This document shows, one piece after another, positions 63,430-64,000 of a stretch of DNA of 64,000 nucleotides. This DNA is from an uncultured Chloroflexia bacterium (lineage in GTDB: Bacteria; Chloroflexota; Limnocylindria; Limnocylindrales; CSP1-4). Below the pieces are notes generated by a model, which made no database searches, had not been told where the DNA came from, and saw only the letters and a list, made by a program, of their open reading frames with translations. A program made the position numbers and the translations under genes. The DNA is taken from NCBI GenBank assembly GCA_963707215.1, contig CAVPPB010000001.1:192001-256000 (forward strand), read 5' to 3'. Each line of letters opens with the position of its first letter. Position 1 is the stretch's first letter.

Positions 63430-63463
63430 GCGGGCCCGCTGGTGGCAACGCCGACGGGCCCGC
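63430..63463. terminator. Hairpin after the HYR gene
   Basis: gcgggcccg...cgggcccgc inverted repeat. Confidence 0.45.
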
Positions 63464-63591
63464 GAACCATGAGGCATCGGTTGGCGCCGTAGGTTCGGCA
63501 CGTCTGCCCCCGGCCTTCGGGCTTGACACCCTCCCCGGCGAGGATCGTCACGCCATGGGCATCGCCCTCGCCACGACGACGCGCCCGGGCC

Positions 63592-64000
63592 TCATCCGGC
63601 GATCGCGGGGCCGCCCTCCCACCGCTCCACTCGCGATGCGAGCACCTCGCGGTGGAGTCGTTCCATCTTGGCGACCGCCAGGTCGGCGTCGGTTTCGTCC
63701 ATGTCGAGGAACAGCTCGTCGAGCCTGATCGCCGCCCACTCGTCGATCACGGAAGCGATCTCCTCCGGCGAGCCATGGATCGCCGCTGGAGTGTGGTCGG
63801 GCGGTGGCGGCCCGAAGTAGACCTGGGCCCGGGCGGAGATCGGCGGGACCGGGCGAGCGGCGGCCGTCGCCGCCGCCCGCAGTGTCGGCAGTCGCTCGGC
63901 CATCCCGGCCGGCCCGTTCTGGCTCAGGTGGTAGCCGTCGCCAAGCCGCCCGGCACGTCTGACCCCGTGCTCGCTCCGACCGCCGACGACGATCGGAAGC
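63592..64000 (-). CDS. LLM-class flavin/F420-dependent oxidoreductase, 3' part
   Basis: PIVVGGRSEHGVRRAGRLGDGY and HGSPEEIASVIDEW; frame runs off the window edge. Confidence 0.8.
   Translation of the reverse strand, partial: LPIVVGGRSEHGVRRAGRLGDGYHLSQNGPAGMAERLPTLRAAATAAARPVPPISARAQVYFGPPPPDHTPAAIHGSPEEIASVIDEWAAIRLDELFLDMDETDADLAVAKMERLHREVLASRVERWEGGPAIAG

Noticed and set aside
63523-63728. TTGACA followed by an ATG and a short + strand ORF antisense to the LLM gene
   Set aside because: No convincing -10 or RBS, and the peptide looks like shadow translation

Overview
High-GC bacterial chromosomal segment made up mostly of core housekeeping genes. The gene set and style (split gcvPA/gcvPB, DUF1290, yggS-yggT-DUF167, PspC/LiaF-like genes, no outer-membrane genes) suggest a monoderm, most plausibly Chloroflexota (Limnocylindria-like); that assignment is inference only. 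Left to right: a peptide ABC transporter; an ECF sigma/anti-sigma pair; the glycine cleavage system; NUDIX and DUF2520 genes; acnA; tRNA-Val(CAC); a dcw cluster (mraZ to ftsZ, lacking murE, murC, sepF and divIVA); a LysM protein; RNase P RNA; RNase HI; sdhCDAB; sucCD; a propionyl-CoA carboxylase/methylmalonyl-CoA cluster; DnaA boxes upstream of parAB; a UbiA/PlsC/HAD lipid cluster; a LiaF-like/PspC/GIDE-like/LemA envelope cluster; a 12-HYR-domain surface protein with apparently identical 483-bp repeats; and a partial LLM oxidoreductase. Five +1 frameshifts in four conserved genes most likely reflect sequencing errors. I saw no mobile elements, CRISPR arrays or rRNA genes. I cannot confidently claim a new system. 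The best leads are a repeated GTCYTTGCGCAAGGAC palindrome flanking the carboxyltransferase gene, DnaA boxes at parAB, an LPPTAT-type sorting signal, the GIDE-like/LemA/PspC module, and several small unannotated proteins in conserved contexts.
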